This document shows positions 37,205 to 49,079 of a stretch of 64,000 nt of DNA, piece after piece. Position 1 is the first letter of the stretch, and each line of letters starts with the position of its first letter. Location: the NCBI RefSeq assembly GCF_030684315.1, contig NC_081396.1, positions 9,353,628 through 9,417,627 of the forward strand, written 5' to 3'. Both the position numbers and the translations under genes were made by a program. The notes beneath the pieces are model-generated. The model was not told the DNA's origin. It saw only the letters and a list, made by a program, of their open reading frames with translations, and ran no database searches. Origin of the DNA: Stegostoma tigrinum (Eukaryota).

Positions 37205-38330
37205 AGGCAATGTTGGCGTTGCACAGAGCATTGATCAGATCACAACTGAAGTATTATGCGTAGTTCTTTTCACCTCACTAAGGGAAGAATGTGTCAACAC
37301 TATAGTGGGTACAGAAGAAGTTCACCAGGATGTTGCCTGGGATGGAGAAATTGAGCTTTAAGAAGAGACTGGATAGAGCATGGAACATACAACATTCTGT
37401 TGTACTGAACTTTTACCTGAAACCTTAGGCCCATCTAACCTCCACCCCTAGCTGATACTACCATCCACATGGCTTTCCAAGAGCCACTTAAATACCCCTA
37501 ATGAAACTGACACCACTCTGCTTTCCGGCAATGCATTCCAGGTCCCTACCACTCTCTGAGTAAAGAACCTACCTCTGACATCTCCCCTAAGTCTACCTCT
37601 ACTCACTTTGAAACTATGCTTCGTCGTAATAGCTAACTCCATCCTAGGAAAATATCTCAGACTGTCCACTCAATTTTTACCTCCAATCACTTTGTACACC
37701 TCTGTCAAGTCACCTCACATCCTTTGTTATTCTAAAGAGAAAAAGACCTAGCTTTCTAAATCTTCCCTCATAAGACCTTCCCGACATTTCAGGCAACATC
37801 CTGGTAAATCTCCTTTGCACCTTTTCCAACGCTTCCACATTTTTTCCTGTAATGAGGTGACCAGAAGTGAACACAATACTCCAGATGTGGCCGAACCAGG
37901 GTTTTGTCTCGTCTTGTATTGTTTTCTTTAGAACAGAGAAGGCTGAGGGGTGACATGATTGAGTTGCATAAGATTATGAGGGTCATGGAGTGGGTGAATA
38001 GAGATCAGCTGTTCCCCTTGTTTGAGGGGGCAATCACGAGAGTTTTTAGCTAAAGTGCAGCAGACTCAGAGGGAATTTTGGAAAAAAAAAACATTTTCAT
38101 TCAGTGGGAGGTGGGAACCTGGATTGCACTGCCTGCGAGGGTTGAGGAGGCTGGAAACATTACAACTTTGAAATAAATATTTGGATGTGTGCTTCAAATA
38201 TCATAACATTCAAGGATATGGGACAATTGCAGGGTAATTGGGATCAGCACACTTTTAGTGGCAGTTATGCCAGAGCAGACTCAATAGGCCAAAGAGCTTT
38301 TTCCAGGCTGTGTGAATCTGTGAATTGAAA
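37205..38330. mobile_element. Cluster of CR1 3' fragments in both orientations (+ 37205-37380, - 37400-37905, + 37905-38330)
   Basis: ORF 37448-37669 (FFTQRVVGTWNALP) and ORF 37789-37986 (LVRPHLEYCVHFWSP); RRLRGDMIE on the plus strand. Confidence 0.85.
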
Positions 38331-38969
38331 CAAAGGAGTCGGGCATTTGGCTCTTGTGTTCTGCCATTCCATGAGATCAAATTTGATCTGTGGTCCAAAT
38401 CAATAGGATTGCCTTTGTCTCTGATCTCTTCATGCTGTTGCTTTATGTGTAAAAAAAAACTATCTCAGATCGAATGACCCACCTGCACATGATCTCATTT
38501 TAAAATCTGAACGTTTTAACTGACTTCTCCTTATGTGATCCCGATGTCTCAGTTGGTGGCTCGACTGTTAAATTCAAATGTCCTGAAAAGAAAGACAATC
38601 ACACAAACATTGCTAGAGAAAATCATTAACTTAGCAGTCTCACCTAAGATTCACTGTCATTCAAATTCTTACTCTTATCCGTTGACACGCTGGTGAGTCA
38701 CACCATGATGTATTATTCTGACAGTTGCTTGCTGCCATATTCCTGTCAACATTCTCCAGCTTCAATTACTGCTTCACATCAAATTTCACACAGTCAACTC
38801 ATTACCATCCAATCTCACTCATGAGGACATTTTATAGTCTCAAAACATATATGCTGTTTCTGCTCATTCTCGGAATATTTTAAATCAACAATTCATTTGA
38901 ATCTTAATGTAGTCCCTTATTTGTGTGTTTGTGTCCAGGCTTGGCGGTTTTGAAATGCCTGATTCTCAA

Positions 38970-39360
38970 CATATAAGAACGTAAGAACTCGGAGAAGGGG
39001 AAATAATTTAATCCCTCAAGCCTGCTCCACGATTTGTTTTGATCATGGATGATCTCATCTCAGCCTCAGTTCTACTTTCCTGCCTCCTCATCATAATCTT
39101 TCGCTCTGTTAAAAGTCGATCACCTCAAATCTACTCAATACCTTAGCATCCACCATTGTCTCGGGTGGTGCACGTCACAGATTCATGTTCCTTTGAGAGA
39201 AGTAATTTCCCTGCATCTCGATTTTAAGTCTGTTACACCTTTTCCTAAAACTATGACCTCTCATTCTAGATTACCACCCAGAAAGGAACATTCCTTCCAT
39301 CTATTCTATCAAACCCCTTCAGATTCTTGGATGCCTCAATTATATCGATCGTCATTTTTA
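38970..39360 (-). mobile_element. CR1 LINE 3' UTR fragment
   Basis: cataagaac-type tail; agcctgctcc...gatcatgg..gatct. Confidence 0.65.
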
Positions 39361-40679
39361 GCTATTCTGGTCAATAAATATTGACTCCCACATTTTCTTT
39401 TCGATCAGGGTCCTAGGCAATCACCCAAGAATCTTGTAAAAGTCTCCTCAAATGTGTGAATGAGTACTGAAGGTGCTGGCTTTTATCACTGCCTGATATA
39501 TCTGGCAAAATGCAACCCCATCTTTATGCAGTCCAGGCCTAAAACAAACAGTTTTTTTTATAGTCTGTCTTGAGTTTTCTTGATTACTAAATGACCTCCT
39601 ACTGATAATTCATGTGCGACGCTCAACACCTCCTTTCTGTAACCCACTGGGAATGAAACTTGATGAACGTCTGCCCATTTTTCATTTGCCTGAAAATATA
39701 ATGGTTTCAATCTCCTCATTAAGACTGCATTTCTGAGGTGGTAACATTTTGGGATCCACTCAGGTTCTTCTTCTGTGTATGTGTCTCCTTATAAAACTGC
39801 TTTACATCTGCATCTTCGTGTTGTAACTCAACCAAACTCTTCGAAGTAAAAATATCCACTTTGGCCTCCGTCTGTTCTTGTCTTCTTTGCCGAACCATTT
39901 AATCAAACATTGTTCCTGATAACTGCACCTGAACTTCCCTATCTTTACTCCTTGATTTCTCCTCCTGTTTCAACTTGTGTCTTTGAGATCTTGTCACCAT
40001 ACAGTCAGGAAAACCCCCAGGATATAACCCCTGTAACACGTCATCTGTGTGAAGTTGCAGTGGCTTTTCACCCACTGTAGGCATCACTCACACTCCATCC
40101 AGCAATATGATTACTGCATTTCTGAAACGATGATTGAAACTGTTGACCCTACGACAACTTCGCCACTTTTCACCAGACTCTCCAACCTCACTGTACAATA
40201 GGGCATTGCTCTTCTCAGCATGAAAGACTGACATGCTCCCATTTCACTGAAAATTTTAATTTCTTTACACGCTGCTCCTGACACATATGAGTACACCTCA
40301 GCCCCACAAGTAAATTCTTTAAAGAGATCTGTCAATTTCTTCTCAACCAACGTTCTGATCAATAAGTACATTCTGGTGGAGCTTTTTAGGTTCCATTGTG
40401 TTTTCCTTCACCACTTCGATAAAATTCACTCTTTTGTCCTGTTTTCCCACATTTGTCTTCCCAGTGTTTTTTTTTCTGAACCACCAGCACCGCGATTTCA
40501 TGTGGCCTATTTTATTACAGTGAGTTTCTTTGGCTTCTGTTTCCTCTCTGCTCATCCACATGAGTTCTCACTACTTCAGGGAGTGAAGCTTTCAACTCCT
40601 CCAAAATAATCCTCTCTCTGAGAGCACCAAATGTCCGATCTATTGTCAATGCCCATATCCAACTATCAAAATTACTTTA

Positions 40680-41030
40680 TAACAAAGTGTGGAGCTGGAT
40701 GAACACAGCAGCCAAGCAGCATCTCAGGAGCACAAAAGCTGATGTTTCGGGCCTAGACCCTTCATCAGAGCGGAGGAGGGTAACTTCTTCAGGTTAGGCA
40801 TCCCTGGAATATGCTTCGCAGTTGGGTTGAAATTGTGTCAGTGATAAAGGGAACTGCAGATGCTGGAGAATCCAAGATAACAAAGTGTCGAGCTGGATGA
40901 ACACAGCAGGCCAAGCAGCATCTCAGGAGCACAAAAGCTGAGCATGATGAAGGGTCTAGGCCCGAAACGTCAGCTTTTGTGCTCCGGAGATGCTGCTTGG
41001 CCTGCTGTGTTCGTCCAGCTCCACACATTG
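40680..41030. mobile_element. Compound PLE terminal-repeat insertion (tandem + inverted) inside Gypsy gag, two hammerhead cores
   Basis: Minus strand gct-CTGATGA-agggtctaggccc-GAAAC-ATC-agc (~40738-40771); plus strand TGATGA-agggtctaggccc-GAAAC-GTC (40945-40971). Confidence 0.85.
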
Positions 41031-41949
41031 GGAATAATGTTACTTTGTCTGATCCTTTCAAACTCAATGCATGTCAGACCAGGTTCCCTCCTCAGATTCC
41101 ATAAAAATCGTTTGTCGGCTTCTGGCACTGGTTTATTAAGTTGGCTTTTAGTTTATCCTCATTATCCTCCTCAGATGCCTCCTCTGATAGTGATGTGAAT
41201 ACCTCACGAGCTCGACCTCCCAACTTTGTCTGGATCAATGATACCCACATGATCACCAGCCATTTCACTTATTTAGCCACTTCCTCAAATGAAATGATAA
41301 AGTCTTCTGCATATTTCTTGTTGAAATTTGGAAATGCTTGCATATATTTAAACAGATTCCCTCCAGGCTTTTGGTTACAATGGGATAACTCTCCATCACT
41401 GTCCTCATCACGATACCGACATTACACCTCTCCCTTCAACACTTAAGTGAATTCTGAGATTTCAGTTCCAACCTCCGAAGTTTGTAAACTCTTTTTCTCC
41501 CTTTGTTTTACTTTCGTTTAGAGCTCAAACTATTGCACTTAAGTTTCATGCTTGAGCCATTTGATTTGCTTTTGAATTTTAGCCGTTTCCAATATGCTGG
41601 TGGAATTTCTCGCTCTCATAAATGTTGAGCTCGAGCCGTGATCCTTCCCTTTTTTGCACGGACATTGGTTGCCCAGCTCCAGGTTGTCTGCCAATTCCAA
41701 ATGGTTTGCCTTGCTCACTCTCTGTAGAACTCCTTAAGTGGCTTGCTGCACCCAGAGAAACCTCTTAGTGACTGGAAGAGCCACTATTATACACGACATG
41801 CCTTGTTTAAATCAACCAATACCCAAGAATAAACAAACACTTGTCATTCACTGTCTTTGAGTCCAATAATCCTAACTCAATTTGAATTGGAGATTTTCAT
41901 CCTGACAAGAAACCATAATTTGTTATGAATCAGACCAAAGACCGTCAAG

Positions 41950-42287
41950 ATCATAGCGTTCCTGCAGTGTGTCAAAAGGCCATTCAGCCCAACAAGTACA
42001 TACTGCCCCATCAAAGAGCATCTCATCCAGATCAATTCCTCTGTAATTTCAACGTCTAACCCATCTAACCTAAATATCCCTGGGCACTTTGGGCAATTTA
42101 GCGTTGCCAACCCACCTATCCTGCACATCTTTGGACTGTGGGAGGACATGAGATCACCCAGAGGAAATCCACGCAGACACAGGGAGAATGTGCCAACTCC
42201 ACACAGACAGTTGCCCAAGGGTTGGATCAAATCTAGGTCTCTAGCGCTGTAAGGCAGCAGTGCCAACCATTGAGCCACTGTGCCACG
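41950..42287 (-). mobile_element. HE1-type V-SINE inserted in the Gypsy LTR
   Basis: Minus strand gtggcacagtggctcaatggttggcactgctgcc...cctcccacagtccaaagatgtgcagg. Confidence 0.9.
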
Positions 42288-43324
42288 CTAATTAAAAGCC
42301 ATTGTTCCAGATGTAATTTGATAGAGCAAACTGCCAGTTTTGAAGGACCACACATTTTGCTTTTACACTGTGGTTAACATACAAACAAAAGAAAGAAGAA
42401 TTGGAAGAACAACTCTATTGGGAAACTTAACGGAATAACAGAATTCTTAACTATGATACAGCAACTCTTCCAAGAAAGCAATTTCCACTAAACACACCCT
42501 TGGCAGAGGCCATTTCCGTAAAATAAATTGTCTCACGTACAATTCTCCAGCTGAGGAGCAAAGAACATCAGGGGAAAACTTTGAGAGAGAGAAAGAGCTC
42601 ACATGTTGTGCTGTAGCAGGAAGAGATGTATAACTGCTTTTAGACCCCAACAGCTACTAAAAGGTGAACCTGGTTCTGTGAGAGCTTGAGACCATCCTTC
42701 ATTCTGCTTCTATTGTTTAACTTTAAAACAAAACCGACCTCTCGCTGCATTTTTACTTTCTTGGCTGGGAACAGATTGCTCGACACCCCTGTCAAAACCT
42801 CCCTTCATGAAAACTGGACAAAATACATCCCATGAATCTGTAGTATACATCCCAAAATACATCCCATTGAAGCATTCATTTAAACAGTTCAGAATAGTTT
42901 CTGTAGCAGTGGTAACAGTTATCTGGGACATTGTTTATTTTTCTCCTTTCTCTCTGAATTCCTTTGCATTTACAGTTCCAATTCTCCTATTGAAACATCA
43001 TGCAGACATGTCCTTGTCATTTTGTTGCAATAGCTGTCCCTTTGATTTCGCAGTGTGATGTCTACTTCAGTTTCCCACCCGCTGTCCATTTTAATGGTGT
43101 CGTTTCATTTTGTTAACTAACCACTTTTGCCTCCTTCTCTTGTTCACAAACCATTGAAGTACGAGCCCCGTTTTTGTTGTCTGCAGAAGCTGCTGAATGT
43201 TTCCAGCATGTACTTTTAGTACGCCAGTTGTTAAAAACCGGTATTACTTTTTGCTCATTTCTACAATCCGAGCATACTGCCTGGCCTTCCATAATTATTC
43301 AAATCACAACATGGTCTGTAATCT

Positions 43325-43456
43325 AATAAAATGTGAGGCTGGATGAACACAGCAGGCCAAGCAGCATCTCCTGAGATGCTGCTTGGCCTGCTGTGTTCAT
43401 CCAGCCTCACATTTTATTATCTTGGAATTCTCCAGCATCTGCAGTTCCCATTATCT
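43325..43456. mobile_element. 132-bp perfect fold-back PLE-end element with 14-bp TSD
   Basis: TSD atggtctgtaatct at 43311-43324 and 43457-43470. Perfect inverted arms; the right arm has a 38-nt extra tail. Confidence 0.92.
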
Positions 43457-44082
43457 ATGGTCTGTAATCTGCAGTCTGTATCTCGAACTGGAATACTGAC
43501 TGAGCTTATTTATCATTTGGGGGTGGCTTCAAATATCGCTGTGATTTCAACGCAGTTTCCTGCTCTCCTATTATGTTTGCAATGGAAGGAGAACTCCAGG
43601 AATGGCAGTGGACTGTATTACCTCGGTGGCAGGAGAGACGTGCAAAATGGTAACTCTGAACTAAATGAACATCCACTTGGGCAAAAGGGTAAAAATTAAG
43701 ACCTTTAGATATTTTCTAAGTGCTGGTGAGGGTTGATGAGATGGAAGCAATTAGTGTGACTGGCATGGACTGTGAAAAGGGCTTGTGCTTCCAAGACACC
43801 AGAATGGCTGCATGTGCACATTACTCCCTGCTGGCTATTAAACTGGGCCTGGTCACAGGACAAAACTGAAATGAATGCTTGGCTGGAGATGCAGTTTTTC
43901 TCCTTCCAGTTGTCATGTGGAGGTGGGAATTGAAATCCGTCTGGATGGAGACAAAAGTGAACAAGGGTTTGTCATTCACAAACCCAGAAGTGCATGCTTC
44001 ATCACTGCAGTTATGACCCAAATGATGGAGGGAGAGAACTGCATAGCATTACGTTGTGCACTTAACAGGAAATACTCAAAGT

Positions 44083-44190
44083 ATACCTTAGCTTTCCTGC
44101 TCCCCTGATGTTGCTTGACCTGCTGTGTTCATCCAGTTCTCGGCCTTGCCTTCTCAGATTCTCCAACATCTGCAGTTCCTGCTATCTCTG
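44083..44190 (+). mobile_element. PLE tail-only insertion with 11-bp TSD
   Basis: TSD atactcaaagt at 44072-44082 and 44191-44201. Confidence 0.82.
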
Positions 44191-44964
44191 ATACTCAAAG
44201 TCTCTCTGATTGCGGAAACCTTACTTGGTTACTGAGTTGTGGATGGAGCCCGATTCAATTCAGGAGAATCAACACAGAAAGGTGTTCCCCATACGGGGGC
44301 AGCCTTTTCAAACCATGTGCTCAGAGGAATGGGATGGAATGGAATAGGATAGGATGATACACGTGTACACTTACATGAAAACTACAGGGAAACGTTCAAC
44401 ACGTTGCCCCACCACTACGATGACTGAAGTCATACATAACAAAAACATTGTCAAATTAAGACAAAGTTCATCACAGTTAACAGCTCCTGGGGTCGCGGAA
44501 AGGAATGACAGAATATTCCGAAGATGCATTTAAGACAAGACCACCACTCCTGGGTTACGCTGCCTGCCCGGGCTGCTGGAATACGCGGAAGCAGAAGAGA
44601 AAAAAGACTTCCACATGGTGATGAGGCCACCACACTCGACCAAGACCGCCTTTCTCCTCCTTCAGGCTCCCGGGTCAAACTGCAGACCTGGAGCCACAGC
44701 CGACCCTGCGGATTGGGGCCAGGAGAATCAACCAGAACCCTTCCCTCATTCTCTGGGAGACCTCAGGCTGGGGCGGGGTCCGTGTTCAATTGGCCCTGAT
44801 GTTGCTACCATAGGCCTCCCCCTTTACCTGTCATTCTCTGGGCTTGAAAGGAAAGGGAAAAAAGAAAAAAAGGAAAATGAGGCGAAAGTAAAAGGGCGTG
44901 CAGCAGCCAATGAAATCCGAAATGGATGGAAAAGCTCAGCTGTCCTGGTAGGGTCTTTGGAGGG

Positions 44965-45545
44965 AAAGAAGAGCAAACATTTTGGGTCCACTGACCCTTC
45001 AGAATTGATTGTATCTCGGAAAAGTTTGGTAAATACTTTGGGAGCGGAGATGTAAATTGAGCTCAGGCAGAGAGTAAAAACAGCTGGGCGCACAAAAGTG
45101 TGGGTAAAGGTCACCCCAACCGCTAATTGTGTTCATTAATGGCTGACAATGCGTCGTTTGTGGTGACAGACTGTGTGATGACAACGCTTGGTGTGTGGGT
45201 TTGGGATGAGGACATGGGAGTAAGTGCTCATGCCCCAAATGTATTGAACCCAATGTTGAGCCCAGACGGCCACAGAGTTCCCAAGCAGAAAATGAGGAGT
45301 TATCCTCCCTCCGCCATGTGCGGAGCTCATTCGAACACTGCAGCAAGCCCAAGACACAGATATTGGCCAAGGAACATGGTGGTGTGTTGAGTTGGCCAGA
45401 AAACGTGGAGTAATTCAGAGAACAATTGACCAACGTGGAGTTTTGTGGACCTCAAGATTTGAAGGTGCCGAAACATGAATTCATTTACCTGCAGCCAATC
45501 TGTCCAGCACCGTCTCCTGACATCCGGAGCATGTCTACTGACGAA
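44965..45545 (-). mobile_element. Old PLE 3' fragment of a different family
   Basis: NICVLGLLQCSNE (endonuclease C-terminus) and a decayed hammerhead ttctgaagggtcagtggacccaaaatg. Confidence 0.6.
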
Positions 45546-45554
45546 CAAGTGCCT

Positions 45555-45930
45555 ATTCAGCCTTCGCCCCTCTTCAGCATTTGAGATATTCTTCCTGATT
45601 TAATTGCTTTTTCTGAGTAAGTTGTTTTGAAAAATATCAACACTTTTTTTTTCTTTTAGTAGCGTGTAATGAGTAACTACCTCTAAAGAATTGGTATCAA
45701 CGTAACTTCAAAGTTTTTAAAATGGATACTCACATTATAGATTACATCTTTCTCCCTGGTGGAAAACTTACATGCAATTTAATGAACAGTTCCATCCTCA
45801 TCTAAAACCAAGTAACAGATATTAAATCCCAGAGCGAGGAAGAATAAAAACAAACTGAAACACCAATTCTCATGAACAGATGGTAACTGACAATGGAACG
45901 GAAATATCCAGGCAAACACAACTGTGTAAT
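45555..45930 (+). repeat. Remnant third copy of the duplicated block
   Basis: 45555-45650 matches 55665-55755; 45670-45930 matches 2830-3085 and 57545-57795. Confidence 0.85.
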
Positions 45931-45942
45931 GTATGGCTGGAG

Positions 45943-46372
45943 GACAAAGTGTAGAGCTGGATGAACACAGCAGCGCACGCAGAATTTTAGGAGCAGTAAA
46001 GTTGATGTTTTCGGTCTAGACCCTTCATTAGAAATGGGGGAGGAGAGAGGTGGAGGCAGATTAAAGATGGATAGAAGAGAAGATAGGTGGAAAGATACAA
46101 ATTTAGCCAGTCGAGGTGAGTGTAGGCCGGGAGGTAGGGAGGGAATCGGTCAGTCCGGGGAGGACAAGAGAATTGTAGTGGGAGAGTGATCCCCTGAGGC
46201 TTGTCCAGATGTAGGAGGGTAACTTCTTCATGTTAGCCATCCCGGGAAGAGGCTTCACAGTGTGGTTAAAATTGTATCAGAGATAATTGGAACTGCAGTA
46301 GCTGGAGAATCCGAAAAAACAAAGTGTGCAGCTAAATGAACACAGCAGTCCAAAAGCATCTTCAGAGCAGAA
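45943..46372 (-). mobile_element. Partial-tandem PLE terminal repeats
   Basis: 3' UTR + hammerhead + tail, next to a second tail that continues into gatacaattttaaccacactgtgaagcc, as also seen at 40770-40850. Confidence 0.8.
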
Positions 46373-47168
46373 AACAGATCAATGTAACGAGACTGAACTC
46401 CAGTTATCCGGGATGACAGATGGGTAGAATTAATCTGGTGACACAGGAAATTGAGACTGGTTAACCTGACAACGTGGATGCAGAATATAACTTGGTGGAG
46501 CAAAAAATAATCACAAAATTCAGAACCACTAAACAGAAGATAAGTCAGCAACAAATGTGATGAAGCAGGACTGGATGTGATCGTGTTGAATGCAACAGTG
46601 AACACTCCAACTATCCATATTAAACATAACAACACACACATGGACCAATATGCAAATACCTTTGTATACAGAATATAATTCTACTTAACTCCATCTGTCT
46701 ACAATATGTAAGCAGGCCCAAGTATTTAAAATTGATGTACAGTCTCAGAGAGATTTAGCATTGTACCTGACAAGTCATTGCACCAGTCCTACATTTATCA
46801 GGAGTGAGATTGCACTGATTGCAATTCTTCTGAAAAGATTTACATTTTTGAGCATACCATGTCATAGCATGATAACGATGTTATGTCTAGACACTAATAG
46901 CTCGGCCAGTACATTTTCGAGAATATACACAGTTTGGTTATTAAGTCATCTCTTGGTTTTTTTCACTTTATTACCATGTAAAACCTCATGAAAACAAAAA
47001 TATTTTATGAAATCCAACAAAATCTAGCAGGAAGCAGATGCACCAATCTGATTGCGAAATTAACTTCTGAAAAACAACTATCTAATTAGCTCACTGGGGC
47101 CTCACATTAGGTATAATTATCACCAGTCATCAGTGAATCACACAATGTACTCAGAGCTTCTGGCAGAA

Positions 47169-47238
47169 ATGCATGGAATACCAAAGGGTCTACTGTTTTC
47201 CATCTACTATCCCATCATTGCAGTTATCGGGATTCCAG
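47169..47238 (+). CDS. GPR139-like GPCR gene 2, exon 1 (MHGIPKGLLFSIYYPIIAVIGIP; in-frame upstream ATG at 47145)
   Basis: Same 70-nt length and phase-1 donor (CCA G|gttacg) as gene 1 exon 1. Confidence 0.88.
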
Positions 47239-49079
47239 GTTACGTTTTATACTGATTAACTATGTCAATCATCTCTGAACTGCATAATTTGTACCATTTT
47301 AAGAACATCTCCTTTTCCCTCTCAAGATGTGTATTATCTTTCTTGACGGTATATTTTCTTTGCTTGACATTGTCGAAATTATCCTCTAATACAAAATCAT
47401 TTCCCAACTTCATACTATCAATTCATTACTTAGATGAAAGAATCTACCAAATGGTGGCTACTTCTCTGCATTAATAGCACAATTTTATTCCTGAGTATTG
47501 TTACCTAACCACTTTAACAGGTACGTTTTTTCTTATTGTATTACATTTTCACCCCTTTTGCGTTGTGCTATCTTGTGACACTGCTGTGCCATTGTGTTCT
47601 TTATATTTTCTTCATTAATGACCAGCTACTCTACACGTATTTCAGGTGTGATTTTTATTCTCACTCTTTCTGTATGAAGTTTTCTTCTTATTATTACAAT
47701 GCAAAGACATTCCCTATTGTATTACTGCCAATGCTGTTGTGGTCAAGTCATGCAAATATATTATCGTGTAAATGTATGTCTACTGAGCCATTGGCGCTTT
47801 TGCTGTTGTCAAATCCTTGATCCGTTATCACAGTGTAACTCAAGTCTCACAGTTTCGTTGATGGGGATGCTGCATGTGGTTTATCTTACAGTTATCGCTC
47901 TAAAAATATCGCTTTCCTACTTTGCTGATGCAATGTAAGACTGTGATCAACAAACTGTTGTCAACTTATGATGTTGTGTTATTGTCAACATATTGTGTGT
48001 AAAATACCATAATATTATCGCAGAATCAATGAAGAATTATTGCACCACTTGCTTTGTGAGCTAGTGATGTTCCTGAAAATGTTCAAACATGGCAATGTTG
48101 AAGTACTGAATAATTCCTTGCTGAATTTGATATATCAATTCTCTGATCGGGCATTATCCGGCATTGGTATGGCTTCAGATATAAATATCATTAAGCTCTT
48201 GTCATTTGACTATGAAATTACAACCGTCCATACATTACAGGGAATGCTACGTTTTCTTTTCAGTCTCTAAGTAGACCTGTTCGAATCTAATTCTCCACGT
48301 TCACATGATCAGTTGCTAATGGTGTTAGACTGACAACTGTTGAAAGTCAGATTTTCCTCTGCTACCAGTATCTAACAATGTGGGATAGTCTTTCCGCCTT
48401 CAGCACTTTTTACACGTTGAGTGAGAAACCGAAACTAGTAGCATTTCTGAAATAGTTGGTTTAATACTTTTATTTCAAATATCACCTACAGGATGAAATT
48501 GATAAAATGTTACATGGATGGCAGACCAGCACTAATGAAGTTACTTCATTCCCGAATTCAGCAGGACAGTGTTCTCTGAATCAGAACTCTTCATCTGTTA
48601 CTTCCAATGGTTCACGAGAAAATCAATTTCACTGTATACTTAGGAGTTCTGCATTAGTAGTGCCCTGATCATCATCAAACTTAAGTTATCACTGCTGTGT
48701 TGACAGAAATTTTGGTTGTGTGTTCATGTTTCTCTATTTAAGCATTATTCTAATCAAGTTGACTTCCAAGTTCCACAATGGTGAATGGTTGTACAGTAAC
48801 ACATTGGAAGATATCACATTGATTCACAGTGAGATATAATATTGGTTAATTTTAGTTTCCCAGTATATTATTAAGCACCTTCACATATTCTGTAAGTCTT
48901 TGTTGTTTCAACTTTCTTTGCTTATTCAATTCTACTGCATCTCCTTGTGGTGTTTTTGATACCATAGTGTGTTTGTTCAGATCTCATTGGAAATCTCTCC
49001 ATCTCTCTGTCCATATTCCAAAAAAAATCACTCTGTCTCTCTACCCCCATGTCCCCACCCCATCTTCCTTTTGTTACAG

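Larger units (their letters stand above)
39400..42810 (-). mobile_element. Gypsy (Gmr1-like) LTR retrotransposon remnant: 5' LTR (~41921-42810), degenerate tRNA-Pro PBS, gag, protease region, integrase N-terminus
   Basis: Gag zinc knuckle HCNKIGHMKSRCW; FPDCMVTRSQ; then YRKEVLSVAHELSVGGHL (integrase zinc-binding region) directly after protease. LTR end cataaca followed by tggtttcttgtcaggat. Confidence 0.8.

Noticed and set aside
43990-44090. VMTQ..EGEN..LRC peptide resembling a V-domain N-terminus
   Set aside because: No downstream W-x-Q, YxC or RSS; likely chance.
44330-44950. Possible non-autonomous LINE-derived element with a (tggaa/tagga)n tail
   Set aside because: Repeat-like, but no coding motif, TSD or second copy in the window to support a call.
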